A stretch of 64,000 nucleotides of DNA from Candidatus Saccharimonadia bacterium (GTDB lineage Bacteria; Patescibacteriota; Saccharimonadia; UBA4664), in assembly GCA_035544015.1 (NCBI GenBank), contig DATKIP010000076.1, positions 299-64,298 on the forward strand, read 5' to 3'. Positions 9,517-18,153 of this stretch are shown here, piece after piece. Every line of letters begins with the position of its first letter. The first letter of the stretch is position 1. The position numbers and the translations under genes were made by a program. The notes under the pieces were generated by a model. The model saw nothing but the letters and a program-made list of their open reading frames with translations, had not been told where the DNA came from and searched no databases.

Positions 9517-10923
9517 TCATGGGTTATACAGCTGCTCGCGCCAATTTAAAATCGAATAATTCCCCGTGGTTGGATATTGCGGCGGAGGAGCATAAATAAG
9601 GTTCGAGTCGAAATTTGTCGCTGTGGTGCCCCAGCCCGAAACCAGCGTCCCCGACCCATTCACATACCCCCACGTCCAAAACAAGAACGTCGCAATCGCA
9701 CCATAAAACGTCAACGTACCCGTTTTAGCCGCGGCGTTCCCGGTAGAATAGACATGCCCGTTTTGAGCCAGCAAAGCCGCGTCGATCTCCACCGCGTTCG
9801 GAGCATAATCCGACACGATCACGTCGGCTTGGGCGATCAATCCAATTGCCGCCGAGCCGTCTTTGGCCGCATACGTCAGATTGCTCGTGATGTTGACGCT
9901 GCGCGCAGTCCCACCCAGCGTGGCTGCCACAATCGTGATGCGGCCCGGAAAACTCGTGCCGCTCACCCACACGTTATCATCCACGAACAACACGCCGTTG
10001 GCCGGCGCCGCGAGGTCGCTGAAGCAGTTCGACGTGGTGATACCCGTGGCGCGCGACCCGCTAAAGGTCTCGTTGGTGACTTTGCAGCGGTCGTATTTGC
10101 CGTTGCTTTTGAGCGTAATCGAATAACCCTTCGAACCACTGCCGGCCGTGTACGTGCCGCCGCTCTGAGCGCTCGCCTTCATGGTGGTGAGGTTGGCCGA
10201 CACTTGGGCAAAGTTCACCACACTCACCGGGTCCGTGCAATTCGGCGGCGTAGCGTTAAAGGGCGCTACCTCCACCGGCTTCCATTGGCTGCTCGGGCCG
10301 CCGGAGCCCCACACCCCGCAGTGGAAGGTGGTCCCATTGCCGCCGAATTGCGAGGTCGGTTTGTAGGTTTTTTGGCCGGCCGAGACAGTCCCGTTATTGA
10401 CCCCATCCATGTGCACGCCCACATTCGACATCACCGGCCCATTTGACGCTTCCGAGGAGCCAAACCACACCTCCGATTGCGACAGCAAGCCATAATTAGC
10501 AAACGACGGCTGCCCCAGCTGAGCCAAAATCGTGCGCGTCCCCGAAAAGTGCGGCACCTGCCCGATCGACTTCACGGTCGTAATCGTCGAACCCCCGCTC
10601 GGCGGCGTGATGTAGAGCGTGTAGCTGCCGAGCAGGTTGCCATCGGTGTCGTAGGAGTTGTGCACGTACGGCCCATACGGCGCCGTACTCGGCGTGGTGC
10701 CGCCATCCTTGTAATCCGTCGGGTTGTGCGCCAAATGCCACAAGTAGTAATTAACCCCCGCCTCCGCCACGTTCATTGCCTCGGCGCTACGGCCCTCGTA
10801 CTGATTAAACCGCGCGTTGCTGATCAACAGTTGCGCGCCCACCATCCCCAAAAACGACAGCAAAAAGGCCATAATCAAAACCGTGAGCATGATGAACCCA
10901 GATTGAGTGGTGCGCTGATTCAT
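9517..10923 (-). CDS. PilX-like minor pilin / pilus-associated protein with a large C-terminal domain (468 aa)
   Basis: The N-terminal hydrophobic segment plus ARFNQYEGRSAEAMNVAEAGVNYYLW resembles the PilX_N domain. A long Gly/Thr/Ser-rich extracellular part follows. Confidence 0.6.
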   Translation of the reverse strand: MNQRTTQSGFIMLTVLIMAFLLSFLGMVGAQLLISNARFNQYEGRSAEAMNVAEAGVNYYLWHLAHNPTDYKDGGTTPSTAPYGPYVHNSYDTDGNLLGSYTLYITPPSGGSTITTVKSIGQVPHFSGTRTILAQLGQPSFANYGLLSQSEVWFGSSEASNGPVMSNVGVHMDGVNNGTVSAGQKTYKPTSQFGGNGTTFHCGVWGSGGPSSQWKPVEVAPFNATPPNCTDPVSVVNFAQVSANLTTMKASAQSGGTYTAGSGSKGYSITLKSNGKYDRCKVTNETFSGSRATGITTSNCFSDLAAPANGVLFVDDNVWVSGTSFPGRITIVAATLGGTARSVNITSNLTYAAKDGSAAIGLIAQADVIVSDYAPNAVEIDAALLAQNGHVYSTGNAAAKTGTLTFYGAIATFLFWTWGYVNGSGTLVSGWGTTATNFDSNLIYAPPPQYPTTGNYSILNWREQLYNP

Positions 10924-11513
10924 AGATTCGTCTTAAAATTACGCAATGTTACACGCGTCGTTAGCGACACCGGTACACTCAGCTGCTTGGCTTTGGGGTT
11001 GGCCGCCACATAAATCCCGATCGCCCGCACCTGGCTCGTCGCAAAGCCCGGGGAAAGCACGTTGCCGGCATCATCGTAATACGTAAACATGGTATTGGAC
11101 CCCATCGCCAAATCCACGCGCGTAATCGTCGGCTTCTCGGGATTGTTGTTGTAGGTGGCCGGGATCGCCGCGCTATCCGGGTCGGTGACGCCGATCACCA
11201 GGTTGTTGCCGCTGATGTAGTAGCGAATCTTCTTGATCACCGTGTCGGCCGGCGAGAAATAGCCGTAAACCGTAACCGTATTGGGCTGAGCACTGAGCAC
11301 CCCGGTCGTCCCCCGGAGCACCTTGCCGATCCGCGCCGACAGCGTCGAGAGCTCGGTCGAGGTGTCCGATTGAGCCTGCAAAAACGCATACGACGTCAGC
11401 CCCTTGTAGCTAAACATCACGAGCGGCACCGCGATCATCGCCGTCAGCGTCATCACCACGAGCAATTCAATGAGGCTGTACCCCCCCTGATCGAGCCGTT
11501 TACGGAGTAACAT
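10920..11513 (-). CDS. prepilin-type N-terminal cleavage/methylation domain minor pilin
   Basis: GYSLIELLVVMTLTAMIAV is a class III signal with Glu at +5. Confidence 0.8.
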   Translation of the reverse strand: MLLRKRLDQGGYSLIELLVVMTLTAMIAVPLVMFSYKGLTSYAFLQAQSDTSTELSTLSARIGKVLRGTTGVLSAQPNTVTVYGYFSPADTVIKKIRYYISGNNLVIGVTDPDSAAIPATYNNNPEKPTITRVDLAMGSNTMFTYYDDAGNVLSPGFATSQVRAIGIYVAANPKAKQLSVPVSLTTRVTLRNFKTNL

Positions 11514-12879
11514 TCAAGCCTCCTGTCTGTGTCGCCGTATTCCCGCTGTTCGTCACCGCAAGGTCCCATGCACCGGTTGCCGCTCCCGTGAGACTCACAT
11601 TGCAAGTGATGATCGTGTTGCCCACGCTCGAAGCGCAGCCGGTAGCCGCAATGTCCGATTGACCGGCCTTCTTGAGCTTTACGCTCGTGCCGGTCGGAAC
11701 GTTGGCCCCAGTAATTTTGAGCGAAAAGGTGCTCGTGCCGGTCTGTTGCGTCAGCGGCGTCGCTTGGCTGATGCGCGGATACGAGCTGGAGGTGCTCACC
11801 ACCAGATTGGCCGTCGACGACGAATTCGCTCCCAGCGCCAGGGGCGCATAGGGCGACACCGTGACCACGTAATACCCCGTCGGAACCGCAAAATTATAAC
11901 CCGTCAGATCAAATTCCATCCCGCTGAGCGTGATATCGCCGGTCGCGTTGGTGGCCGTAGCCTGCGAATATTTGTACACTGTGGGGCTCTGCTTAATCGG
12001 TTTGGTGCCCGAAGTCGTGACGCTCAGAGCATTCATCGGATTGCCGCTCGTATCCGTCACATGCACGTAAAAGGTCGAGAGCCGATCGATCGTCAGCGTA
12101 ATCGGATTAATTTGTTGTGCCAAAACATTCATATTGAGCTTCACCGCCGTCTGCGCGCCCGGCGGCTCCGGAATCGTACCGTCCGTCGAGTAACCCGGCA
12201 GGCTGGCCGTAATTTGATAATTGTTGTTCGAGTCCGGCGGCAGTTTCGGAATCACCACTACGCCCAAATTATCGGTCGTGGTAGCAATATTCACATCCGG
12301 GTTGGGCACCGTATTCACGATCGTCACGTTCGCGTTCGGCACCGGCTGGCCGTTCGCATCGAGCACCGTGATGCTCAAAATACCCGTGTTCGACGACGTC
12401 TCGGCCGCTTTGCCCGCAATATCCGTCGACAGCGTCGAAACCACCTTGCCGCTCGACACCAGCTTCACCGTTATTTGCGCCTTTTTATAATCATACGGAT
12501 ACAAATCCTTGGGTTTGCCCGCCGCCGGCCCGCTCCCGCACGGGCACGAAATAAACCCGTCATACGGATCGTCCACAAAATTGAGGTCGGTGTGGACGCT
12601 GAATTTAAAATTGCCCCGCGTCACCGTTTCGTTGTCGAGGATATTGCCCGGCGGATAAATCGTCCCGCTCTGCGTCGCCAATGAATCGTACGGTAGGTCA
12701 CGCAGCGTCTCCATTTTCTCATTGGCCAGCGCCACCCCGATAGCTCGCGACTTACCAAGCACAACCGTGTTGATATTCGAGATATACAGCTCGCCAATAG
12801 CCGCCACCATCAGCGCCATAATCACAGCCCCAAACACTACTTCGACCAGCGTAAACCCACCTTCGTTTGCGCGCTTCAT
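11500..12879 (-). CDS. large minor pilin (about 460 aa) with a prepilin N-terminus and beta-rich, probably Ig-like, extracellular domains
   Basis: The start was reassigned to MKRANEGGFTLVEVVFGAVIMALM (prepilin signal, Glu at +5). The track ORF extends further upstream through a non-coding-looking Arg/Pro/Thr-rich stretch. Confidence 0.7.
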   Translation of the reverse strand: MKRANEGGFTLVEVVFGAVIMALMVAAIGELYISNINTVVLGKSRAIGVALANEKMETLRDLPYDSLATQSGTIYPPGNILDNETVTRGNFKFSVHTDLNFVDDPYDGFISCPCGSGPAAGKPKDLYPYDYKKAQITVKLVSSGKVVSTLSTDIAGKAAETSSNTGILSITVLDANGQPVPNANVTIVNTVPNPDVNIATTTDNLGVVVIPKLPPDSNNNYQITASLPGYSTDGTIPEPPGAQTAVKLNMNVLAQQINPITLTIDRLSTFYVHVTDTSGNPMNALSVTTSGTKPIKQSPTVYKYSQATATNATGDITLSGMEFDLTGYNFAVPTGYYVVTVSPYAPLALGANSSSTANLVVSTSSSYPRISQATPLTQQTGTSTFSLKITGANVPTGTSVKLKKAGQSDIAATGCASSVGNTIITCNVSLTGAATGAWDLAVTNSGNTATQTGGLNVTP

Positions 12880-12982
12880 GTCCCCATTATAACGCTTATG
12901 CTGAAGAAAGCACCGCGGCCTTCGCTCGGGCAATACCAAAACCGACCCCGTAGGGTCGGTCTCAGAAATTTGCGGCAGGGGA

Positions 12983-13447
12983 CTAGTTGCCGTTGACGAC
13001 TTCGAACTTCTTCGCACTCGCCGATCCGCAACTGCTATCGGTCGATACGCTGGCACCACTGTCCTGGTCATTCTCCAAGCAAGCCTTAAGCGTGTAGGTC
13101 GAGTCCGAGTTGGCCGGGGTGTAGGTGTAGACATACACACCAGTATTCTTCGGGTCGGTGGGCAACGTCTTAACGATGGGTGCGGTACCACTGCTCAATT
13201 CCGAAAGAACAGTGCCCGAGCCTACGGCTCCACTACTAGCGGGGTACACATTATTATTAACAAAATATTCTTCCAGACCTTTGCGCAAAGTCGTAATGTC
13301 GGTCTTGCGCTTCGTGTCGCGGGCCTTCTTGGGCGCGGACGTAATATTCGGGATGATCAACAACGCCAAGATGCCAATGATCACAATCACGATCAAAAGC
13401 TCGAGGAGGGTAAATCCGCCCTGTTTCTTTAATGATGCAATGGACAC
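12983..13447 (-). CDS. pilA: type IV major pilin (PilA-like)
   Basis: KKQGGFTLLELLIVIVIIGILA prepilin signal. The C-terminus has a Cys pair (disulfide D-region). An AGGAGGTG RBS lies upstream. Confidence 0.85.
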   Translation of the reverse strand: MSIASLKKQGGFTLLELLIVIVIIGILALLIIPNITSAPKKARDTKRKTDITTLRKGLEEYFVNNNVYPASSGAVGSGTVLSELSSGTAPIVKTLPTDPKNTGVYVYTYTPANSDSTYTLKACLENDQDSGASVSTDSSCGSASAKKFEVVNGN

Positions 13448-13504
13448 GAGTGCTCACCTCCTTAAAATTTGTGGACGAATAAAGTCTAGCTCTATTTAGC
13501 CCAA

Positions 13505-13533
13505 ATCATAAAGCGCTTAAGGTTTAATGTCAA
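13505..13533 (-). promoter_or_regulatory. sigma70-like promoter for pilA (TTGACA-17 bp-TATGAT on the minus strand)
   Basis: On the minus strand, TTGACAttaaaccttaagcgctttATGAT lies about 60 nt upstream of the pilA ATG, ahead of the AGGAGGTG RBS. Confidence 0.45.
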
Positions 13534-13540
13534 TGACACC

Positions 13541-13578
13541 CGCAAGGCCAAAGTCCCGCCCCGGCAAGTGCGCCGGAG
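13541..13578 (-). terminator. GC-rich hairpin downstream of the GH26 gene (possible attenuator/terminator between the pilBC-GH26 and pilA units)
   Basis: gtcccgccccggcaagtgcgccggagcgggac is a nested perfect inverted repeat followed by a short T tract on the minus strand. Confidence 0.35.
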
Positions 13579-13591
13579 CGGGACAGGCCTC

Positions 13592-14677
13592 CTAGGAGGC
13601 GAAGACGGACACGTACTGCCGGAAGGCAGCCCGCGAAGCGGTTGCGGTCGAGAGTGGGACCGGGTAGATGCGCCAGTCGTTCGGGTTGTCGGCGGTGGCC
13701 GGATGGTCGAAGTAGTTCACGAGGATCACGTTGTACGCCGGGGCCACGGTGCGCATCCACTCGCCCAGCTGCTGGTCCCACTGGGCCTTGCTGTGGCCGT
13801 TCTGGGCCGCACCCGAGGCCGGCTCGCTGCTGCCGGTCTCCCCGACGATGTACGGCTTGTCGAGCGGAGCTAGCGCCCGAATCGCCGTGATCGTGGCCTG
13901 CCGCACGTTGGTGGGCGTGCGCCAGGAGTACGGGTCGCTCGCGCCGTCCGACGTCGACCGGTTGTAGCCGTCGTCGCCGACGTACTCCGTATTGTCGTTG
14001 CCGGGATAGAAGTTGGCGAACGAGGTTTTGCCGTCCCGAAGAATATTCGGGCACCAGTAGAAGGACAGCCCCGGGAACGCCGTGCGCATGGTGTTGCGAA
14101 TGCGCTGCCACGCCGGCCCGAATTGCGCGGGCGTGTTGTGGTTCGGATTATCGCCCCCGAATGTCCAGGGGTAGAAGGTCCCGTTGGCCTCGTGCAGCGG
14201 CCGCACGATGATCTCGTGGCCGGGGTGGGCTGCTACCCATGTCTTCATCTGGCCGGCGATCCGACTCATGTTCGCGTCTTGGGCGCCGGCGCCGATGTGG
14301 GCCAGCGTGTCCCACGTCTCGATCGTGACGATGTGGTGGTTGATCCACCGCGCCGCCTCGCCGTTGAGCAGAGCCGTGTCGAGGTCCTGGCTCTGACTCA
14401 TGTAGCTGGTGTTCCAGTCGAGACGTGCCACACCCATGGCACTCAGGGTGGCGTCGAGCGAGCCGAGGTTGTCGGCGTCGGTGCCGAGCACGGCCGGCAG
14501 ATACGCCGCCGCCGTGGCCGCCGTGGCCGCCGTGGCCGCCGTGGCGGCAGCCGGAACCGCTGTGGCTGCCAGCACCGCCGGAACGATACCCGCCGCCGCT
14601 AGCGTCGCGGCGACGAGCAGCCGGACAAACCGTCCTTGCCGTAATCCTTGCATGGTATTCCCCCGTCTCGGTGCCAA
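13592..14677 (-). CDS. secreted glycoside hydrolase, GH26 (mannanase)-like
   Basis: Signal peptide, then an (AAT)n tract. RPLHEANGTFYPW resembles the GH26 acid/base region (..HE.N). IVGETG resembles the nucleophile region. GC is about 68%. The likely start is the Met near 14653. Confidence 0.6.
   Translation of the reverse strand: MAPRRGNTMQGLRQGRFVRLLVAATLAAAGIVPAVLAATAVPAAATAATAATAATAAAYLPAVLGTDADNLGSLDATLSAMGVARLDWNTSYMSQSQDLDTALLNGEAARWINHHIVTIETWDTLAHIGAGAQDANMSRIAGQMKTWVAAHPGHEIIVRPLHEANGTFYPWTFGGDNPNHNTPAQFGPAWQRIRNTMRTAFPGLSFYWCPNILRDGKTSFANFYPGNDNTEYVGDDGYNRSTSDGASDPYSWRTPTNVRQATITAIRALAPLDKPYIVGETGSSEPASGAAQNGHSKAQWDQQLGEWMRTVAPAYNVILVNYFDHPATADNPNDWRIYPVPLSTATASRAAFRQYVSVFAS
14510..14548. 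repeat. tandem 9-bp repeat (ccgtggccg x about 4) encoding (Ala-Ala-Thr)n in the GH26 signal region
   Basis: A direct tandem repeat is visible in the sequence. It corresponds to AATAATAATAAT in the protein. Confidence 0.8.
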
Positions 14678-14784
14678 CAGGCACCGTGGTGTGCCTGTTG
14701 GTAGGGCTAAGGGTCAGGAGCCCAGGAGACCAACAGGTAGGTCTTTATACCACAATATATTTCCTTGTACAAGGCAAACGGGGC

Positions 14785-16011
14785 TTAGATCGAATTCCCA
14801 ATGCTCGAAATCGGTCCAAATACACTAATCACAATGAATCCCACCATACCCCCCAGCACAATGATCAAAATCGGCTCAATGATCGAGGTAATGCCCGACA
14901 CCACCGTATCCACCTCTTTTTCATAGAATTCCGCCAGCTTCAGCAAAATCGAATCCAGCTGCCCCGTCTCCTCGCCCACGCTCAGCATCTGGCCTACGAT
15001 CGCCGGGAAGTTTTTCGAAGCCCGGATGTGCTCGCTCATCGGCCGGCCGTTTTTCACCTTTTGTGCCACTTCCGCCAGCTCGTCTTGGTACACACTATTG
15101 CCCAGCGCCGTCTTGGTCGCATTAATCGCGTCGAGCACCGAAATCCCCGAGGCCATCAGCGAGCCAAAGGTGCGCGAAAACCGCGCAATGTTGACCTTCA
15201 CGATGATCGGCCCAAAAATCGGCGCCTTCAAAATCAATCGGTCAATCGTGCGCTTGCCCCCCGGCGTCTTGCGCCAGCGAATAAACAGCACCACTGCCGC
15301 CACAAACCCGCCAATCACAAAATACCAGTCGTTTACCAAAAAATGCGAAATCGCCAGCATGATTTTGGTGTAAATCGGCAGCTGTGCCCCCGCGTCTTCA
15401 AAAATGCTCGAAAGCTTCGGCACGATCACCGTCATCAAAAAGAAAAACGCGCTCACCGTGGCCGTCGTAATGACCGCCGGATAAATCATGGCGCTGCGCA
15501 CCTTGCTCACCACCTCGGCGTCTTTTTCTTGCTGCGTCGCCAGCCGGTCGAGCACCTGATCCAAAATACCGCCGGTCTCCCCGGCCTTCACCATGTTCAC
15601 GTAGATCGGATTGAACACCTCCGGGTGTACCGCCAGTGCGCTGGCCAGCGTCGAGCCCCCTTCCACCTGTTTCGACACCTCCGCCACCGTTTTTTTAAGT
15701 TTTTGGCTCTCCGTTTGTTCGCGCAAAATGTTCAGCGATTGCACGATCGGCACGCCGGCGTTAATCATGGTGGCAAACTGGCGGCTGAAGACCACTTTGT
15801 CTTGGAGGCGCACCCCTTTGCCAAGCGATAATCCGCCGGTCAGGAGGCCTTTGAGCCCGGGCCCTTTTTCGCCCGCAGCTTCTTTGACAAGAATCGGCGT
15901 CAGGCCCTTTTCCACCAGGCTGGCCGTAGCTGCTGGGCGGTCCGCCGCAAAGACCGAGCCCTTCGTGATGGCGCCGCTTTTATCCCGCGCGCTGTAGCTA
16001 AATTGCCCCAT
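14785..16011 (-). CDS. pilC: type IV pilus assembly protein PilC (GspF family platform protein)
   Basis: Two GspF repeats and three TM segments. It sits next to the pilB ATPase. Confidence 0.88.
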   Translation of the reverse strand: MGQFSYSARDKSGAITKGSVFAADRPAATASLVEKGLTPILVKEAAGEKGPGLKGLLTGGLSLGKGVRLQDKVVFSRQFATMINAGVPIVQSLNILREQTESQKLKKTVAEVSKQVEGGSTLASALAVHPEVFNPIYVNMVKAGETGGILDQVLDRLATQQEKDAEVVSKVRSAMIYPAVITTATVSAFFFLMTVIVPKLSSIFEDAGAQLPIYTKIMLAISHFLVNDWYFVIGGFVAAVVLFIRWRKTPGGKRTIDRLILKAPIFGPIIVKVNIARFSRTFGSLMASGISVLDAINATKTALGNSVYQDELAEVAQKVKNGRPMSEHIRASKNFPAIVGQMLSVGEETGQLDSILLKLAEFYEKEVDTVVSGITSIIEPILIIVLGGMVGFIVISVFGPISSIGNSI

Positions 16012-18026
16012 TATTCGCGCGTTACCCGCAGGATTTCTTCGATCGTCGTTTTGCCCTGCAGCGCCTTTACAAAGCCGTCTTGCTGCATCGTGAGCATGCC
16101 GGCGCGCACCGCCGCCATCTGGATGTCGTCCGAAGTAGCGCGGCCCACGATCATCTTCGACACCGTATCGTCTACCTCGAGCACCTCATAGATGCCCATG
16201 CGCCCCTGATACGCTGCGCCGCCGCATGCCTCGCAGCCGGGGCCAGGCTTAAACAACATAAACTGCCCGGCCTTCAAATCTTTGGGGCTAGCGGCAGGCT
16301 GGGCGGGCTTGGCCGGTTCCGTTGCGGCCGTCGTCGCCACCGCTACCGGCAGCGCCGCCGGCTTGGGCTTGCCCGCATCGGCGGCGCTGCGGTTGATGAT
16401 GTTTGGATCGGCGGCGATTTTATCCAAAATGCTTTTGGCCGTGTCGATGTCGTGCTCGGGGTTGATCACCCGGCCCTTTTTATGCTCTGTCGGCACCATC
16501 ACCTGCGGCACAGGCGCCAGCGGCGCCGCATCGGGGGCAGCCGCGGCTACCAACGGCTTCTCGGGCGCGCCCTTCAGGTCGTTGAAGCGCTTCAGCGCTG
16601 CGTCAAGCGCAAAATCGCGCTTGACGTTCGTCAGCTCCACGCCCTCGGGAATGTACCCGATACGGCACACCTGGCACAGCCGCCGCACCAGCCGCTGCCC
16701 GATCACCGTGTTGACCGTGCTCGCGATCAAAAACGCCTCCAGCCCCATGTCGAGCAAGCGGGGGAGCGTGGTAGCCGCATTATTCGTGTGCAGTGTCGAG
16801 AGCACCACATGCCCCGTCAGCGCCGCCTGCACCGCCAGGTCGGCCGTCTCGCCGTCGCGAATCTCACCCACCATGATGATGTTCGGGTCCTGCCGCAGCA
16901 ACGCGCGCAGTCCCGCCGCAAACGTCATGCCCGTCTTCGGATTCACCTGCGTCTGGTTTACCCCCTGCACCCGGTACTCCACCGGGTCTTCCACCGTGGA
17001 AATATTCACCCCCGGCGTATTGAGCAGGCTCAGTATGGAATACAGCGTGGTCGATTTACCCGATCCCGTCGGCCCCGTCACGAGCGTCATGCCGTGCGGT
17101 TTGTGCAGATTGCGTACGATCGCCTCCAGCGCGTGGCCGGTAAAGCCCAGCTCCTCGAGCGTCAGCGCCCGCGCGCTCTCGTCCAAGATACGCATCACCA
17201 CCTTTTCGCCGTCCATGATCGGCAGCGTGCTCACCCGCAACGCCACCTGCTTGCTGCCCATCGCAAACTTAAACCGCCCGTCTTGCGGCACCCGGTGCTC
17301 ATCTATTTTCAAATTCGCCAAAATCTTAATGCGGCTCACCACCGCGGCCAAAATCGGCTTCGGTAGCGTCATCGTCTCGCGCAGCACCCCATCCACCCGG
17401 TAGCGCACCTGCACAATGTTCTCGCGCGGCTCCAGATGAATATCCGAGGCGCGGCTCTTAATGGCGTACTCCAAAATCACGTTCACCGTCTTGGCGATCG
17501 GCGCGTCCTCAGCCAGGTCCTTGGCCGAAATTTTTTCCTCCGAAGCGCTCGCGTCCGCCGAAGAATCCTTGATAGCCTTGGTAATCTCGTTCGAAATGTT
17601 GCCTTTGTACTGATCGATCGCTGCCAAAATATCCGCGGCCGTCGCGATGTAGGTCTTGAGCTTGCCACCCACCTGCTTCGTGATGAAGTCTGCCGCCTGA
17701 AAGTCTTCCGGGTCGGCCATCGCCAGCTGCAGCGCATCCTCTTCGGCGCCAAACAGCACCACCTGGTACTTGCGCGCAATCCGCTCCGGAATCTTCAGCA
17801 GCTGCTCTCGCGGAATCTTGATCTCCGATAGTTCCACAAACGGCACATCGATACTCTTGGCGTACAGCTTCACCAGGTCTTTATCGCTGATGAGCTTCTT
17901 TTTGAGCACCGCCGTCTGCAGCGATTCACTCCCTTCGCTCTTGGGCATCGCATCTTCAATCACCTCCGGCTTCACTAAACCAGAGTCGAGCAACAACTTT
18001 TTGAGCTCACCGTCAGATATGCGCAT
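16011..18026 (-). CDS. pilB: type IV pilus assembly ATPase PilB (GspE family)
   Basis: N-terminal GspII_E N domains, Walker A GPTGSGKSTT, Asp/His boxes, and a C-terminal tetracysteine (CQVC...CEAC) interrupted by an Ala/Pro-rich insertion of about 90 aa. Confidence 0.92.
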   Translation of the reverse strand: MRISDGELKKLLLDSGLVKPEVIEDAMPKSEGSESLQTAVLKKKLISDKDLVKLYAKSIDVPFVELSEIKIPREQLLKIPERIARKYQVVLFGAEEDALQLAMADPEDFQAADFITKQVGGKLKTYIATAADILAAIDQYKGNISNEITKAIKDSSADASASEEKISAKDLAEDAPIAKTVNVILEYAIKSRASDIHLEPRENIVQVRYRVDGVLRETMTLPKPILAAVVSRIKILANLKIDEHRVPQDGRFKFAMGSKQVALRVSTLPIMDGEKVVMRILDESARALTLEELGFTGHALEAIVRNLHKPHGMTLVTGPTGSGKSTTLYSILSLLNTPGVNISTVEDPVEYRVQGVNQTQVNPKTGMTFAAGLRALLRQDPNIIMVGEIRDGETADLAVQAALTGHVVLSTLHTNNAATTLPRLLDMGLEAFLIASTVNTVIGQRLVRRLCQVCRIGYIPEGVELTNVKRDFALDAALKRFNDLKGAPEKPLVAAAAPDAAPLAPVPQVMVPTEHKKGRVINPEHDIDTAKSILDKIAADPNIINRSAADAGKPKPAALPVAVATTAATEPAKPAQPAASPKDLKAGQFMLFKPGPGCEACGGAAYQGRMGIYEVLEVDDTVSKMIVGRATSDDIQMAAVRAGMLTMQQDGFVKALQGKTTIEEILRVTRE

Positions 18027-18153
18027 AATATACCCCTATTTTAGCATAACCGTAATAACGCAAGGCTCGTAAAAAGCCCGTGCTTGCTCTACGGCTTTTG
18101 TTCGCTTATTCTTCAGGAGGTTCTCAGGAGGGTGCACAACATAACTAAGGGGA

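Noticed and set aside
14425-15831. 468-aa plus-strand ORF antisense to pilC and the GH26 gene
   Set aside because: Arg/His-rich nonsense translation. pilC (GspF repeats) is clearly on the minus strand.
16080-17403. 428-aa and 373-aa plus-strand ORFs antisense to pilB
   Set aside because: The pilB Walker motifs and GspE domains are on the minus strand. The antisense products are low-complexity.
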